Position numbers and translations under genes: made by a program. From Bdellovibrionales bacterium (GTDB lineage: Bacteria; Bdellovibrionota; Bacteriovoracia; Bacteriovoracales; Bacteriovoracaceae), in NCBI GenBank assembly GCA_018646675.1, contig JABGUH010000039.1, forward strand, positions 3,833 through 67,832: a DNA stretch of 64,000 bases, given 5' to 3'. Of the stretch, positions 17,313 through 26,363 are shown in pieces. Below the pieces are notes generated by a model. That model did not search any database. It saw nothing but the letters and a program-made list of their open reading frames with translations, and had not been told where the DNA came from. Each line of letters opens with the position of its first letter. The stretch's first letter is position 1.

Positions 17313-19652
17313 TTAGTTGATCAGCTCAGCGACAATCTTCTCTGCGGTAATCGGCATCGACTTCACCCTAACTCCTAATGCATCATAGAGTGCATTGGCG
17401 ATTAGTGGGGCAGCCGGAATCATCGTATGCTCCCCCATTCCCCTGGCACCAAATGGGCCATCCCCCTGGGGAACTTCCACAATGATCGGTACTATCTGAT
17501 CAGGAGTATCAAGGGAGGTGGGAATTTTATAATCAGTAAAGTTGGGATTTAAGAGCCTCCCCTGATCATCAAAGCGCATATCTTCATACAGGACGGTAGC
17601 CAGACCTTGCAACATCCCTCCAGTGATCTGCCCTTTAACCAGATCGGGATTTAGGGCCTGACCACAATCGATCGCCAACACCACCTTGGGAATGGTGATC
17701 TTGCCGGTATCCCGGTCGATCTCAATCTCAATCGCACTGGCACCCACAGTATAGTGAACGTTGGGTTTGCCACCCTGACCCGTTTCAGGATCACTGAGGG
17801 CCGAGGTAAACTCTGGCATAAACATTCCACGCCCCACAATCGGGCCTCCGCGCCAACTACCATCCGGCAGCATCAAGCCATTGATGATAAATTCGGTGAA
17901 ATCCAAAGCGAAGTCCGGCTCAATTTTAGAGCGCACCTGACAGTTCTCTAAATAGATATCATCCCGAGGCATCTCCAAGACGTTTTCAATTAGATCAACG
18001 ATCTGATCACGAGCATCTTCGGCGGCACGCTTAACCGCATTGCCACAAGACCAGGTGATATGAGAGGCGACCGTCTGCCACTCATAGGGATTACGATCGG
18101 TATCAGGACTCTCCACCCGAATTTTTTCCGGTGGTACACCCAGTACTTCTGCTGCAATCTGGGCCATTACCGTCAGGTAGCCCTGACCTATCTCCATCCC
18201 CGAGACCATAATATTGATCGAAGCATCCTCATTAAATTTTAGAAAAGCGGTAGATGAAGCGTTAGGTGGCATCGCTGGAGCTTTCCAAAAGAGCGAGAAG
18301 CCACGGCCCCTTACTTTGCTGGAGTCGGACGGAATCTCTTTAGGGGTATCCCAAGCGATCTCCTGTTTTACTCGATCGATCGCCTCTAATAGACCATTGG
18401 CATGCATCGGAGCACCGTAGGCCAGTTGATCTCCGGCACGAATGGCATTCTTACGCCTAAACTCTACCTGGTCCATTCCCAACTGTTTAGCAATCTGATT
18501 GAAGTGAGACTCCAACCCAAAGATAAACTCCGAATAACCAAAGCCGCGATAGGGGCCCCCGGGAGGGAGGTTGGTGTAGACACAGACCGAGTCAATTTTT
18601 ACATTTGGGATGCGATATGGCCCTGTGGCCGAGAGACCAGCGGCATTTACCACATTTGCCCCATACTCCACATAGGCTCCAGCATCCCACAAAAGCGTCT
18701 GCTCTAAAGTGGTGATGGTGCCATCATTTTTCACACCGACTTTGATTGATGCCTCCACCCCTTGGCGCTGATAGGTATTGTAAAATTCCTGCTCTCTTGA
18801 CCACAAAAGTTTAACCGGTCGACCTGGCACTGTTGTCGCCAAAGCGGCGGCAACAATCTCCATCGTCACTCCCGCCTTACCGCCAAAACCACCACCAACA
18901 AAGGGGGTGATCACCCGTACATTTTGATGGGTGAAGCCGAGTGGGGCCAACGCCTCAGCAAAGAGGTGGCGCTGAGTATGGGGAGACTGAGAGGCAGTCC
19001 AGAGTGTCAAGCGGCCATCGTGATCAAGTTTCCCGACAGCAGCATGGTTCTCAATTGCACAGTGAGCGTAGCGCGGCACTACATAATTATCTTCGTACAC
19101 CAGATCAGCATCGCCAAATCCCTCCCCTACATCACCGCGACGAATTTTACGAAAGTGGGCGATATTAGAATCTTTTTTTGGGTAAAACCAAGGGACGTGA
19201 AAGTAGTTGGCCAGATCGGGATGAACCCGATCAACTCCCTGCTGTTGTAAGGCATCACCAACATTGAGTAGAGGTTTTAATTTTTTATACTTTACCTCTA
19301 CCAAGCGAGCCGCTTTTAAAGCAGTGGCCGGATCATTAGCAATAACCGCCGCCACCTGCTCACCGACAAAACGTACTCGATCCTGAGCAAAAATATAGCG
19401 ATCATGCATATAGAGACCAAAGCGGTAGGGAAACTCTTTGCCGGTTACTACCTTAACTACCCCTGGCAGCTCTTTGGCTTTTTTGGTATTGATCTTTTGA
19501 ATAATAGCGTAAGCGTGGGGACTCTCAACTACTGCGGCATATAGTAGGTCTGGGCCAAAATCTAGATCATCAACAAATTGAGCGGCTCCGGTGATCTTCG
19601 CCTTACCATCAACTCGAACAGCCGACTTACCGATATACTTATAGTTACTCAT
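17313..19652 (-). CDS. Xanthine dehydrogenase/aldehyde oxidase-family molybdopterin-binding large subunit
   Basis: 779 aa. The N-terminal a/b-hammerhead region is GKAKITGAAQFVDD. Also present are GGGFGGKAG and the C-terminal active-site region GARGMGEHTM. Directly preceded by 2Fe-2S and FAD subunit genes. Confidence 0.9.
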   Translation of the reverse strand: MSNYKYIGKSAVRVDGKAKITGAAQFVDDLDFGPDLLYAAVVESPHAYAIIQKINTKKAKELPGVVKVVTGKEFPYRFGLYMHDRYIFAQDRVRFVGEQVAAVIANDPATALKAARLVEVKYKKLKPLLNVGDALQQQGVDRVHPDLANYFHVPWFYPKKDSNIAHFRKIRRGDVGEGFGDADLVYEDNYVVPRYAHCAIENHAAVGKLDHDGRLTLWTASQSPHTQRHLFAEALAPLGFTHQNVRVITPFVGGGFGGKAGVTMEIVAAALATTVPGRPVKLLWSREQEFYNTYQRQGVEASIKVGVKNDGTITTLEQTLLWDAGAYVEYGANVVNAAGLSATGPYRIPNVKIDSVCVYTNLPPGGPYRGFGYSEFIFGLESHFNQIAKQLGMDQVEFRRKNAIRAGDQLAYGAPMHANGLLEAIDRVKQEIAWDTPKEIPSDSSKVRGRGFSLFWKAPAMPPNASSTAFLKFNEDASINIMVSGMEIGQGYLTVMAQIAAEVLGVPPEKIRVESPDTDRNPYEWQTVASHITWSCGNAVKRAAEDARDQIVDLIENVLEMPRDDIYLENCQVRSKIEPDFALDFTEFIINGLMLPDGSWRGGPIVGRGMFMPEFTSALSDPETGQGGKPNVHYTVGASAIEIEIDRDTGKITIPKVVLAIDCGQALNPDLVKGQITGGMLQGLATVLYEDMRFDDQGRLLNPNFTDYKIPTSLDTPDQIVPIIVEVPQGDGPFGARGMGEHTMIPAAPLIANALYDALGVRVKSMPITAEKIVAELIN

Positions 19653-19654
19653 AA

Positions 19655-20116
19655 CTACTTACCTCCATTATCAACAAGATCTAATACCGCATCGATAATC
19701 GGTGCATAGCCAGTACAGCGACAGAGATTTCCGGCCAATGCCTCCTCGATCTCACCTCTATTTGGTGAGCTGTTATGCTCTAGTAACTCGGTGGCAGCGA
19801 TCACCATCCCCGGCGCACAGAAGCCACACTGAAAGGCGTTCTGATCTAAAAAGGCTTTTTGTAGTGGGGTCAAACCACTCTGCATCAACCCTTCAAGAGT
19901 TGTGATCTCACACCCCTCCACTTCACATGCTAACACCAGACAACTTTTAATACTTTTGCCATCAAGTAAGATAGTACAAGTACCACAATCTCCCCGCTCA
20001 CAGCCACATTTGGGACTTTTAACTCCCAACTGCTCCCGTAGCGCGTGGAGCAGAGTTTGATTAGGTTGACACTCCAACCATCGGGTCTCGCTATTTAAAG
20101 TAAAACTAACTTTCAT
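19655..20116 (-). CDS. (2Fe-2S)-binding small subunit of the molybdenum hydroxylase
   Basis: 153 aa. The plant-type cluster is CGCERGDCGTCT. The second cluster is QCGFCAPGM...CRCTGY. The ATG overlaps the upstream stop (ATGA). Confidence 0.9.
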   Translation of the reverse strand: MKVSFTLNSETRWLECQPNQTLLHALREQLGVKSPKCGCERGDCGTCTILLDGKSIKSCLVLACEVEGCEITTLEGLMQSGLTPLQKAFLDQNAFQCGFCAPGMVIAATELLEHNSSPNRGEIEEALAGNLCRCTGYAPIIDAVLDLVDNGGK

Positions 20117-20967
20117 CTTAACCTCGCAACAGCAGTTTCAACTGCTCGCTCAAACATCACTTGACACATGTGAGTGCGATACTCCTTAGTGGCGCGAATA
20201 TCGGTAATAGGAGAGACTAGTGAGGGAATCAGAGTTACGGCCTGGCCAACTAAATTATCTGTAAGCTGTTTGCCATTAAGTAGTTTTTCCAACTGATCGG
20301 CCCTAAAGGGAGTTGGGGCCACCGCTCCAAAAGCGATACGATAGCGATCTCTGGGAAGTGCTACCACCGCCACTGAGGCTTGGGCCAGATCCTCTCCTCG
20401 ATAGCGTCCCAACTTAACAAAAGTCGCACCATGCTTTTGGGCCGGCATCTTGATCTCGATAGCACACACTAGCTCGCCCTTTCTGATTGCACTTTGACGA
20501 GAAGAGATAAACCACTGGTTAATCGGAACCTTTCTTACTCCTTTACTACTAACTACACAGACAACTGCATCATAAGTTAAAAGCAGTGGAGCACTATCAA
20601 GGGATGGCACCGCCGAACAGATATTACCTACCACCGTGGCGCGATTGCGAACAGCAACAGAGGCCACCGTCTGCGCCATCTCTTGCACGGCAGGAAAATA
20701 TTTCGCCATCTCCTTTGAATTTAGCAGATCAGAGAATGTACAAAGTGCCCCTATTTTGATGGTCGAGGGAGTAACACTTAAATGTTTTAAAGCATCAATC
20801 CCCTTAAGATCGATCAGGGAGTCAGGAGTGGCCAGATTCTCTTTAATATGACCGATCAGATCAGTCCCTCCCGACAACAGACGATGGTCACCCTTTTTAC
20901 TTAGTAGCTTACAGGCATGAGCGACACTCTTTGCCTTGATGTAATCAAACTGATGGGTAATAGTCAT
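20113..20967 (-). CDS. FAD-binding (CoxM/XdhB-like) medium subunit of the molybdenum hydroxylase
   Basis: FAD_binding_5-type N-terminus with LLSGGTDLIGHIKE, about 284 aa. The track ORF starts at 21024 inside the upstream gene. I prefer ATG at 20967 (MTITHQFDY...), preceded by AAGGA and 10 nt after the upstream stop. Confidence 0.85.
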   Translation of the reverse strand: MTITHQFDYIKAKSVAHACKLLSKKGDHRLLSGGTDLIGHIKENLATPDSLIDLKGIDALKHLSVTPSTIKIGALCTFSDLLNSKEMAKYFPAVQEMAQTVASVAVRNRATVVGNICSAVPSLDSAPLLLTYDAVVCVVSSKGVRKVPINQWFISSRQSAIRKGELVCAIEIKMPAQKHGATFVKLGRYRGEDLAQASVAVVALPRDRYRIAFGAVAPTPFRADQLEKLLNGKQLTDNLVGQAVTLIPSLVSPITDIRATKEYRTHMCQVMFERAVETAVARLR

Positions 20968-20977
20968 AGAATAATCC

Positions 20978-21793
20978 TTACTCAGTAAAGGCAACAATCC
21001 GACACATGGAAGACTCAAGCTCAATCCCCTTCAGAGGGAAGCAGCCTACCCAGGCACGACGATTGGAGAGCTGATCAATATCCCCTCCTAAATTCTCCGC
21101 ATGGACAATGCGCTTGGGAAATAACTTAATGTGCATCACTTGGTAGTACTCATCTTGTGGGAAGTAGCTATCCCACGACTCAGCGTCATGCTTCTCTTGC
21201 AATAACTTCTCTGCAGCGACAAAACTTGACTCATGGAGATGGCGCAAAATAGTGTTCATCGGATGGTCTGCACTACCGCAATCCACTCCAATCCACTTTA
21301 ACTCCATATCCATCACCCACTTGTGAAAATCACGACCGGGGCCAGGATGGCGAACAAAGTAGCGCATCTCATCGGACTCTGGCTGATCCCAACCATATTT
21401 ATGGTAGCCAGTATTAATGATCAAGATATCCCCTTTTTTAACCTCAACTCGATCAGTGATCATCTTCGGGGTATAAAGATCATAATCACCTACCGCATCA
21501 GAGATATCAACAACCGCTGCCGGCCCGACCCACTCACTCATCGGGACTTTACCAATTGGCCTTCCTGAGGGAAAGAAGTGAATCTCACCATCCATATGGG
21601 TTCCCACATGATTACTGGTTGTGATGATCTGTCCAGAAGCGCCACGCCCCATGTGAGCGCCAGCTATCCGCTTGAAGTATTGAATTCCCAATGGCATGTA
21701 AGTTGGCCAGGGTGGCGTATGAATACTTAAATCTTGAGTTAAGTCATACATCTGAATATCACTCATAAAGGAAAAAAAATCACGCTCTTTCAC
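20978..21793 (-). CDS. Cyclase-family metal-dependent amidohydrolase (arylformamidase/KynB-like)
   Basis: 271 aa carrying the family motif HxGTHxDxxxH (HVGTHMDGEIH). The GTG start at 21793 is preceded by AAGGAG. Confidence 0.75.
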   Translation of the reverse strand: MKERDFFSFMSDIQMYDLTQDLSIHTPPWPTYMPLGIQYFKRIAGAHMGRGASGQIITTSNHVGTHMDGEIHFFPSGRPIGKVPMSEWVGPAAVVDISDAVGDYDLYTPKMITDRVEVKKGDILIINTGYHKYGWDQPESDEMRYFVRHPGPGRDFHKWVMDMELKWIGVDCGSADHPMNTILRHLHESSFVAAEKLLQEKHDAESWDSYFPQDEYYQVMHIKLFPKRIVHAENLGGDIDQLSNRRAWVGCFPLKGIELESSMCRIVAFTE

Positions 21794-21844
21794 TACCGAC
21801 TCCTTTGCTATTATCCTTAACTGATCTAAAAAATCTGTCTAATC

Positions 21845-23251
21845 CTATTCCGTTTTAATATGTTCTGCCAAGCCTTGATAAGCCTTTAAAAATGGCTCCA
21901 TCGGCGCACTTAAGACTCCTGCTCCCACCTGGCCGACCCCAGCCTCTTTATGGGCCACTCCGGTATCAATAAAGGGAAGAATGCTCTTCTCCACCACTTT
22001 GGCCACATCAATTCCCGTCGGGGTGCCGCGAAAATCCAGTGCCGGGATCTGATAGATACTATTTTCAGCTATCGTAATCTCATACATCTGAAGCGTATAA
22101 TCAATAGCATCACGGCTCTTTCCACCAACAAACTGCACAATTGCTGGCGAGGCGGCAATGGCAAATCCTCCCAGACCACAGGTTTCAGTTATGGAGCTAT
22201 CACCAATATCAGGGTTAGCATCCTCCTTGGAGAAACCGGGGAAAAACAGAGCATCAGGCAGCGGGGCCTTGCCGACAAACCACTGATCCCCACAACCGGC
22301 CAGTTGTACCCCAAACTCTACCCCATTACGGGCCATCACCGTCACCAGCGAACTACCAGCAGTATTACCAGCACTATCTAATGAAGCTTTGCAGGCCGCC
22401 ATGGAGAGGTTTAAAAAGAAGTGATCATTACCATTGATAAAGTTTAAGGCTTGGGCCGCCAAACCTCGATCACTGCAACTCTCAATTACTGCCGGTGCTA
22501 AATGGCGATAGAGTAGTGAGGTGGCGGCGCGGTTGCGATTATGAACCTCATCCCCCATATGCAACGCTTGAGCGATAATACTCTTTAAATCAATTTTTCC
22601 CAGATGTTCAATCGCTGCTTGCAGTGCGGGATAGAGTTCACGCTCCATCCACTTTAGCCGTTCGATTACCTCGCTATCATAGGCCCCATAACGTAACACC
22701 TTTCCTAAACCCTCATTCATGGTGGCATAGGAGCAGTTCGCTCCACTCTCATTTTTTACTACAAAAACCGGCATAGAAGCAGAGACGATACCGGCCATCG
22801 GGCCGACCGTACCATGATGGTGGCATGGGGCAAACTCAATCTCTCCAGATGATGCTAATGCATGAGCCTGATCTGCTGTCTGGGCCATCCCCTCGTAGAT
22901 CAAAGCGGCAATCACTCCCCCCTGCATCGGGCCGCACATTCTCTGCCAAGAGATGGGTGGGCCAGAGTGTAAAATCAAATTACTCTTCATGCCTGGAATT
23001 TTATCTAAGGCTCGGCCCATTCCTACCCAATGAGGAGTTGCGGCCAATAGCTTTTGTACTGCCTGCTGATTTGCCTGTTCGATAGTCTTACTTTGAGATG
23101 AAATATACTCTCTGGTCTCAAGTGGGATAGCTGCGGGTGGCCGCCAATCCAGTTGGGTAGTGGCAATCCCCTGCTGCTTTAAAGCGTCAGAAAAGGCGGG
23201 AATCCCCATATTTATCACCTGCAACTTCTCTTTTAACAGATTGCTCATCAC
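21845..23251 (-). CDS. DUF1116-like protein (YlbE/AllG-like partner of FdrA)
   Basis: 468 aa, immediately downstream of and overlapping an FdrA-like gene, as in the E. coli fdrA-ylbE-ylbF arrangement. The call rests on gene context, length and general resemblance as I remember the family. It is not motif-proven. The start is either GTG 23251 or ATG 23248. Confidence 0.5.
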   Translation of the reverse strand: MMSNLLKEKLQVINMGIPAFSDALKQQGIATTQLDWRPPAAIPLETREYISSQSKTIEQANQQAVQKLLAATPHWVGMGRALDKIPGMKSNLILHSGPPISWQRMCGPMQGGVIAALIYEGMAQTADQAHALASSGEIEFAPCHHHGTVGPMAGIVSASMPVFVVKNESGANCSYATMNEGLGKVLRYGAYDSEVIERLKWMERELYPALQAAIEHLGKIDLKSIIAQALHMGDEVHNRNRAATSLLYRHLAPAVIESCSDRGLAAQALNFINGNDHFFLNLSMAACKASLDSAGNTAGSSLVTVMARNGVEFGVQLAGCGDQWFVGKAPLPDALFFPGFSKEDANPDIGDSSITETCGLGGFAIAASPAIVQFVGGKSRDAIDYTLQMYEITIAENSIYQIPALDFRGTPTGIDVAKVVEKSILPFIDTGVAHKEAGVGQVGAGVLSAPMEPFLKAYQGLAEHIKTE

Positions 23252-24825
23252 TCCCCCCCCTCTCTTTTATTTAACATGGTAATAATCGCTGCTGCCTGCA
23301 AAGTCGCACGAGCATTCGAGGGAGCAACAACAACTCCTGCTGCGATTAGTGCCGCCACAACCTGTTGCCGTTTTTGAGGATCTTGATCTGTTCCAGTCAC
23401 AGAACAAATAATAGCAAGATAGCTTCCGACCTTTTTTGCTGCTTGCTGCGCCTGATTAATTACCGGCAGTAGCTCTGACAGAGGGTCGGGATTGGCACCA
23501 TAACCTAAAACCAGATCCAGCAGAACCACTGCGGTCTGAGGGTCACATGCCTCATCAATTATCCGCTGATTACGAATGGAAAAATCGATCATCGGATGAG
23601 GACGACCATCGGTAAACTGATCATCTCCCAAATCAAGTAGTATGTGCTGAGTGCTCTGCCAAGGATCACTGATCGTACTAGATGCTCCAACTGGCGTGTT
23701 AGAAAATAGCGGAGCTAAATCTTTGCCAATTAGAAGCTGGGACTCACTACAAAAAGTACCACCACTAAAGAGGGCCCGTAAATATTTCTGATCACAACTC
23801 ATCTTCTCTACCATTGGAGCAGGATCAAACTTATCTTCTGAAAAAAGCTCTCCATCAGTTAAATCTAAAGCGGCCAGAGCGAGTTTGGCGCAATCCTCTA
23901 AATCACTCGCGATCTGAACACAACCGTCGGAATTAAAAGGTAGAGCGTTTAGATCTGCACCTTGAAAGAGCGCCACCACTGGTTTTAAACTTGGTTCTAA
24001 CAATTTTACTACTTTGGCCAAAACCTCGCTGGCGGCTGGCTTAGAGATTAAAACAATAACTTTGGTTTGGGGATCATCGATCAACTCTTGGAGGCCTTGT
24101 AAAAAAGTTATCCCTCCGACCTCAACTTTAAGATCACGCCCACCAGTTCCAATCGCATGAGAGATCCCACCACCACCATTGGAGATTAGAGAGGAGACCT
24201 CTTGTAAGCCGGTACCAGAGGCAGCAACGATCCCCACACTACCCGAGCTAACTTGATTGGCAAAGGCCAAGGGGACTCCCCCAATAATAGCAGTGCCACA
24301 GTCGGGCCCCATCAGGTAGAGATTACGCTTTTTGGCCTCCTGCTTAAGCTTGATCTCATCAGCAATAGAGATGTTATCAGAAAAAAGCATAACATTTAAT
24401 CCATGCGCAAGAGCGTCGTAAGCTTCCATCACGGCATAGCGGCCAGCAACTGAGATCAGGAGCAGATTGGCCGCAGGCATAACGCTAAGCCCACTCTCTA
24501 AACTCTTAGGTTGATACTCTAAGCCTCCCCCGACCGCCCCTGAAGTTTTACGTTTCTGATCCAATGCTAAAGAGATCTTTTCCAGCGTCGTTGCCACCAT
24601 CTTATCTGTTTTACCCATAACAACAATTAGCAGGTCACTATCTCCTCGCCCCGAAAATTTATCTATCAACATGGAAGCTCGCTCTAAGATCGCAAGATTC
24701 TCTTTAGTCGCCATCACTAGTGCAACTTCTAACCCTTTGTCCGGCAGGTTAAACTGCCGGGCCAACATCATCAGGGTGACTGAATCAAAATACTCGCTCT
24801 CTCTTACTAAGCCATCGACAACCAC
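23248..24825 (-). CDS. fdrA: FdrA-like protein (succinyl-CoA-synthetase-alpha-like fold)
   Basis: 525 aa. The N-terminus (EYFDSVTLMMLARQ) parallels E. coli FdrA (FQDSVSLMIISRK). SCS-alpha-like segments are MGPDCGTAIIGGVPLAFAN and VGIVAASGTGLQEV. The GTG start is preceded by AAGGAG. Confidence 0.7.
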   Translation of the reverse strand: MVVDGLVRESEYFDSVTLMMLARQFNLPDKGLEVALVMATKENLAILERASMLIDKFSGRGDSDLLIVVMGKTDKMVATTLEKISLALDQKRKTSGAVGGGLEYQPKSLESGLSVMPAANLLLISVAGRYAVMEAYDALAHGLNVMLFSDNISIADEIKLKQEAKKRNLYLMGPDCGTAIIGGVPLAFANQVSSGSVGIVAASGTGLQEVSSLISNGGGGISHAIGTGGRDLKVEVGGITFLQGLQELIDDPQTKVIVLISKPAASEVLAKVVKLLEPSLKPVVALFQGADLNALPFNSDGCVQIASDLEDCAKLALAALDLTDGELFSEDKFDPAPMVEKMSCDQKYLRALFSGGTFCSESQLLIGKDLAPLFSNTPVGASSTISDPWQSTQHILLDLGDDQFTDGRPHPMIDFSIRNQRIIDEACDPQTAVVLLDLVLGYGANPDPLSELLPVINQAQQAAKKVGSYLAIICSVTGTDQDPQKRQQVVAALIAAGVVVAPSNARATLQAAAIITMLNKREGGE

Positions 24826-25694
24826 TGTTCACTCCTTTCAATTCCCAAAACCAGACCAGATAAAAAATCAGATCCAGAGCTCTGGCCAAAATTATTGACC
24901 AAGTTATACGCAGACTTAAGTTGCTCTGGGGTGGATTTATGGTTAAGTAACTCTGTCAGTAGAGACTTTACCGGATAGGTAAATCTACCTTGTGCCACCA
25001 TCCCGGCCATACTATCCACCACTAAGTTATTACTACGGACCAAACACGCAATTTCGGCTCCCCGTTGGGATAAAAACTCACGGCCCATCGCCCACCCCAT
25101 CAGATAAGATGCGCTTGCTACTCCTAATAAAAAATCATCACCGGCGGGAGTCAAACCTGGGCCAATCCCCTTTAGCATCTTTGCACCTTTAGACCACTCT
25201 TCAGAGAAGAGGTAGTCAATCCCCTCTTGTAGCTGTTGATAAAAAGCACGGTTAAATGAATCCATTGCTGGCCGCCACCTGGAGTGAAGTAGAGATGCAA
25301 TCCCTCCTGGCTGACTTCCTAAGGCCAGCCACGTAGTTAACAATTTTATCCGCTGCTCAAGCATAGTAGTAGAGTTGAGTTCAACTTCAGGCCAATCTAG
25401 TTGGGAGTGGTAACAATCCCCTTGACCTTTATTTAAAACTATCACCTCTAAATCACTCACAACGACAAATGAGTTTTTATCAACTCGTAGCCAATCCCAT
25501 TGAGAGCTATCAGGAAGATGATCCACCATCACATGCAAAGGGCCATCCCCGACGGTGGCAGTTACGATTGAGGCGAGATAATCTCCACCACCATCTGTTG
25601 GTGCAAAATTGATAACCTGCTCGAAAGTAGATTGTTTATAATACTGTCCACAAGGCAGACTATCGCCGTAGGATAGAAGCTCCATCGCCACCAC
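24807..25694 (-). CDS. DUF2877-like protein (YlbF/AllH-like)
   Basis: 295 aa, directly upstream of and overlapping fdrA by 19 nt. It contains GIGPGLTPAGDDFLLG, which I remember as typical of this family. The call is mainly by context. The start is ambiguous: GTG 25694, GTG 25691 or ATG 25685. Confidence 0.45.
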   Translation of the reverse strand: MVAMELLSYGDSLPCGQYYKQSTFEQVINFAPTDGGGDYLASIVTATVGDGPLHVMVDHLPDSSQWDWLRVDKNSFVVVSDLEVIVLNKGQGDCYHSQLDWPEVELNSTTMLEQRIKLLTTWLALGSQPGGIASLLHSRWRPAMDSFNRAFYQQLQEGIDYLFSEEWSKGAKMLKGIGPGLTPAGDDFLLGVASASYLMGWAMGREFLSQRGAEIACLVRSNNLVVDSMAGMVAQGRFTYPVKSLLTELLNHKSTPEQLKSAYNLVNNFGQSSGSDFLSGLVLGIERSEQWLSMA

Positions 25695-25706
25695 ACTCTC
25701 CTTCGT

Positions 25707-26279
25707 CTAGGAGGTCTCTTTTAATAGTTTGATCAGTTTGCGAGCATCTGGACTGTCAGATCGTTTGACCAAGTAAAATAACAGCGTATCGGTATTGAGA
25801 ATGTGCGCACCCGCCTCTCTTAGCAGCTCGATACCATTTTGCCACTTAAGCTTTGATGAGGAGAGGACGGTATCTGTTAGCACTATTACCTGCTTACCCA
25901 TATCGAGTAGATCCAAAGTAGTTTGCAAAACACAGATCTGAGTCTCCAAACCGCTGACCACGACGATTGGGCGGTTGATCTCCTCCAGTCGATGAACAAA
26001 ATGCTCATTCCCCCCACAACTAAAGGTCGTCTTATCAATGAACTCCCCTTGAGTCTTTGGCCAACATGAGAGTACCTCCGGATCAGTTGCACCCAACCCT
26101 TTACGATACTGATCAGTACCAATCAATGGAACTCCCAACTGCTCAAACATTTTGACTAACAGTAAAATATTTTTACGACTGAGATCGACAAGATGGGAAT
26201 CCATCAGTTTAAAGTAACTACTTTGATAATCAATCAGGAGATACTGAATATTTTCAACCGTTAGATCCTTCCAGTTCAT
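25707..26279 (-). CDS. Isochorismatase-family cysteine hydrolase (amidase-type)
   Basis: 190 aa. It begins YLLIDYQ (catalytic Asp region) and contains VVVSGLETQICVLQT (catalytic Cys). The ATG is preceded by GGAGGGAAGAG. First gene of the 8-gene operon. Confidence 0.72.
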   Translation of the reverse strand: MNWKDLTVENIQYLLIDYQSSYFKLMDSHLVDLSRKNILLLVKMFEQLGVPLIGTDQYRKGLGATDPEVLSCWPKTQGEFIDKTTFSCGGNEHFVHRLEEINRPIVVVSGLETQICVLQTTLDLLDMGKQVIVLTDTVLSSSKLKWQNGIELLREAGAHILNTDTLLFYLVKRSDSPDARKLIKLLKETS

Positions 26280-26303
26280 CTCTTCCCTCCAAAGTAGAGC
26301 TTT

Positions 26304-26323
26304 ACCCTTACAAATATTAGGGT
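26304..26323 (-). promoter_or_regulatory. Candidate operator: inverted repeat ACCCT-N10-AGGGT upstream of the 8-gene operon
   Basis: ACCCTtacaaatattAGGGT lies 25-44 nt upstream of the isochorismatase-like ATG (26279), in the 84-nt gap after the YceI-like gene. The arms are only 5 bp and no regulator gene is nearby. Weak. Confidence 0.2.
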
Positions 26324-26363
26324 ATAGGTATACTAAGAAAGGGGGTGTTTGGCCATTTAGAGC

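Noticed and set aside
17651-19250. Cluster of 60-108-aa ORFs in other frames or antisense within the Mo-subunit gene (similar ones lie inside most large genes, for example 7300-7918 and 8523-8726)
   Set aside because: They are nested in a confidently identified 779-aa gene, have no motifs, and are typical frame-shadow ORFs.
20968-21024. Upstream extension of the FAD-subunit ORF (track start 21024)
   Set aside because: It lies inside the 3' end of the cyclase-family gene. The ATG at 20967 has an AAGGA RBS, lies 10 nt after the upstream stop, and gives the expected N-terminus.
21845-25694. Calling the FdrA/DUF1116/DUF2877 trio an allantoin (oxalurate) utilisation locus
   Set aside because: The other allantoin-pathway genes are absent from the window (allantoinase, allantoate amidohydrolase, ureidoglycolate dehydrogenase, carbamate kinase). 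The substrate cannot be inferred from the trio alone.
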